Shown: piece by piece, positions 62,283 to 64,000 of the stretch
Layout: each line of letters opens with the position of its first letter
Position numbering within the stretch: position 1 is the first letter of the stretch
From: Chitinophaga pinensis
GTDB taxonomy: Bacteria > Bacteroidota > Bacteroidia > NS11-12g > UBA955
Assembly (NCBI GenBank): GCA_945890895.1
Contig: CAMDDG010000003.1
Coordinates: forward strand, 12,938-76,937
Direction of reading: 5' to 3'
Length of the DNA stretch: 64,000 nucleotides
The notes under the pieces: generated by a model
Told to the model about the DNA's origin: nothing
What the model saw: only the letters and a program-made list of their open reading frames with translations
The model's database searches: none
Position numbers and translations under genes: made by a program

Positions 62283-62551
62283 TTTTTGTAGATGGCGGAT
62301 TGAATCGCATTTAAAGTTTAGTAAATTTAATTTCATGGGGTTTAAAAATTGTAGTTAATACGAGTGCTGATTTTCAGCACGTTTCAAAAATAATACAGAA
62401 TTGAGGTTAGCAAAAACAATTCCATTTTTTCTTTCCAATTAAGCAATCATCGGTCAGAAATGCGTTTTAAACGAATTAGTAACTTTTTACACTATGTATA
62501 AATGAACAAAAGAATTTAGTAGCTGACGATTAGAATTATATTTGTAATTAA

Positions 62552-64000
62552 ATGAAAACATTTATTAAATACTTCCTTACGTTTTTGTTCGGTTTTTTTG
62601 TAGCATTAGGAGGCTTGTTTATCGTGATTCTGATTGCAGTATCTTCGATGGATTACGAACAAGAATCCCCAGAAATTGCAGAAAAATCAATTTTAAAAAT
62701 AGAATTACCCACTGAACTTTCTGAGCTATCCAATGAGGATCCAGCCAGAGAGTTGTTGGCGCAAATCTCAGGCAATACGTTAAATTTGGGTTTAAATCAA
62801 TTAAAAGATGCGATCAAATCGGCTGCATCTAATCCAAAAATTAAAGGAATTTATTTGGATGCAGGTTCCTATTACGGAGGAATTTCCCATTCTCAAGAAA
62901 TTCGTAATGCTTTACTGGAATTTAAAAAGTCTAAAAAATGGATTCTTGCGTATTCGGAAAATTATTCTGAACAAGGATATTTTATAGCCACTGCTGCGGA
63001 TAAAGTATATTTAAACCCAAAAGGAATGTTAGAATTTGATGGATTTACATCAGAAATTGTATTTTTCAAAGGATTAATGGAAAAATTGGGTGTGGAATTC
63101 CAAGTATTTAAGGTTGGCAAATTCAAAGGTGCAGTAGAACCTTATACCGCTGATAAACTTTCGGATGCAAACCGAGCTCAAATTCAACAGTATTTGAATG
63201 ATTTATACCAATATCAAATTCAACAGATTTCTCAATCTAGAATTGCCGCCCATAAACAATTGGATGTTAATTTTTTGAATAAAATTTCCAACGAAGGACT
63301 GGCTTTTTTACCCAAGCAGGCCGAAACAATTGGATTGGTAGATGCTCTAAAATACGCAGATGAAGTTGATTCAGAAATTCAAAGCAAAGTTCCAGGCAAT
63401 ACTCTGGTTTCCCTAAAAAAATATTTAAAAATTGAATCAGATTACAGTTATTCTGAAAACCGAATTGCTGTGCTTTACGCAGATGGTGAAATCGTTTTGG
63501 GGGATGGTGAAGTCGGCCAAATAGGAAGTACCAATTTCATAAAAGAAATTCGTAAAATCAAAGAAGATAAAAACATTAAGGCAGTTGTTCTGCGCGTGAA
63601 TAGTCCCGGTGGAAGCTCCTTCGCTTCAGATGTAATTGCAAGAGAAATTGAATTACTTAAAAAAGTTAAACCTGTGGTAGTTTCATTTTCAAATGTTGCT
63701 GCTTCTGGGGGATATTATATTGCGTGTTTAGGTGATAGTATTTTTGCACAACCTAATTCCATAACTGGATCTATTGGGGTTTTTGCATTAATTCCCAATG
63801 TACAAAATATGTACACCAATAAATTGGGATTAAAATACGAAACGGTTCAAACGGGAAATGAATCCAATTTATGGAGACCCGACCAACCATTAAATCCGTC
63901 GCAATCACAAAAAATACAATCTTCCATTGATCAAGTTTATGACGATTTTATCAGTATCGTTTCCAAAGGCAGAAAATTTCCGAAAGACAGTGTTCATACT
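62552..64000 (+). CDS. sppA: Signal peptide peptidase SppA (67K type). The 3' end lies beyond the window.
   Basis: Manual translation from the ATG at 62552 gives an N-terminal TM helix and two S49 domains (VLRVNSPGGS...SNVAASGGYYIA). The frame stays open to position 64000. Confidence 0.8.
   Translation, partial: MKTFIKYFLTFLFGFFVALGGLFIVILIAVSSMDYEQESPEIAEKSILKIELPTELSELSNEDPARELLAQISGNTLNLGLNQLKDAIKSAASNPKIKGIYLDAGSYYGGISHSQEIRNALLEFKKSKKWILAYSENYSEQGYFIATAADKVYLNPKGMLEFDGFTSEIVFFKGLMEKLGVEFQVFKVGKFKGAVEPYTADKLSDANRAQIQQYLNDLYQYQIQQISQSRIAAHKQLDVNFLNKISNEGLAFLPKQAETIGLVDALKYADEVDSEIQSKVPGNTLVSLKKYLKIESDYSYSENRIAVLYADGEIVLGDGEVGQIGSTNFIKEIRKIKEDKNIKAVVLRVNSPGGSSFASDVIAREIELLKKVKPVVVSFSNVAASGGYYIACLGDSIFAQPNSITGSIGVFALIPNVQNMYTNKLGLKYETVQTGNESNLWRPDQPLNPSQSQKIQSSIDQVYDDFISIVSKGRKFPKDSVHT

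Noticed and set aside
1-64000. Looked for mobile elements, prophage, integrase, transposase, toxin-antitoxin or restriction-modification genes and for tRNA or rRNA.
   Set aside because: I recognised none. The intergenic regions are short and AT-rich with no tRNA-like GC-rich segments. The window appears to be core chromosome.

Overview
This window is a roughly 64 kb chromosomal segment from an AT-rich Bacteroidota genome (GC about one third by eye). The phylum assignment rests on T9SS C-terminal sorting domains of both type A and type B, a LytTR/PF06580-type two-component pair, a GxxExxY protein, MarC, and a TTTG/TAnnTTTG promoter-like motif. It is densely packed with about 50 genes, almost all of them core housekeeping. 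I found no rRNA, tRNA, CRISPR array, transposase, integrase or phage genes.

Genes I recognise with reasonable confidence:
- Replication and repair: dnaX, dnaE, recF.
- Nucleotide and cofactor synthesis: purC, purN, pyrC, a PyrR-like phosphoribosyltransferase, folP.
- Central metabolism: dapD, maeB, fumC, rpe, alanine dehydrogenase, HMG-CoA lyase, a trans-sulfuration PLP enzyme, proline dehydrogenase (partial at the 5' edge).
- Envelope and proteostasis: rseP, sppA (partial at the 3' edge), trxA, a lytic transglycosylase with LysM, an S9 peptidase.
- Regulation: two two-component systems.
- Accessory surface proteins: three T9SS cargo proteins (NHL/PKD type A, vWA type A, and a Cys-module adhesin of type B), a TonB-dependent-receptor-like barrel, and a 1.2k-aa secreted protein with an N-terminal beta-rich domain fused to about 700 aa of coiled coil.

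No defence island or mobile element is apparent. The signals I would look at first are:
1. An A10 slippery run in dnaX at the domain III/IV boundary, with stop codons in both alternative frames immediately downstream. This would fit a gamma/tau-type frameshift or transcriptional-slippage site.
2. The giant coiled-coil envelope protein, which carries near-identical 48-bp intragenic repeats.
3. A same-strand cluster of an LtaS-like sulfatase, a small TM protein, a LytTR histidine kinase, its response regulator and an HTH regulator.

Several start codons in the ORF track look wrong (dnaX, the sulfatase, the T9SS type B adhesin). An intrinsic terminator sits inside one annotated ORF.
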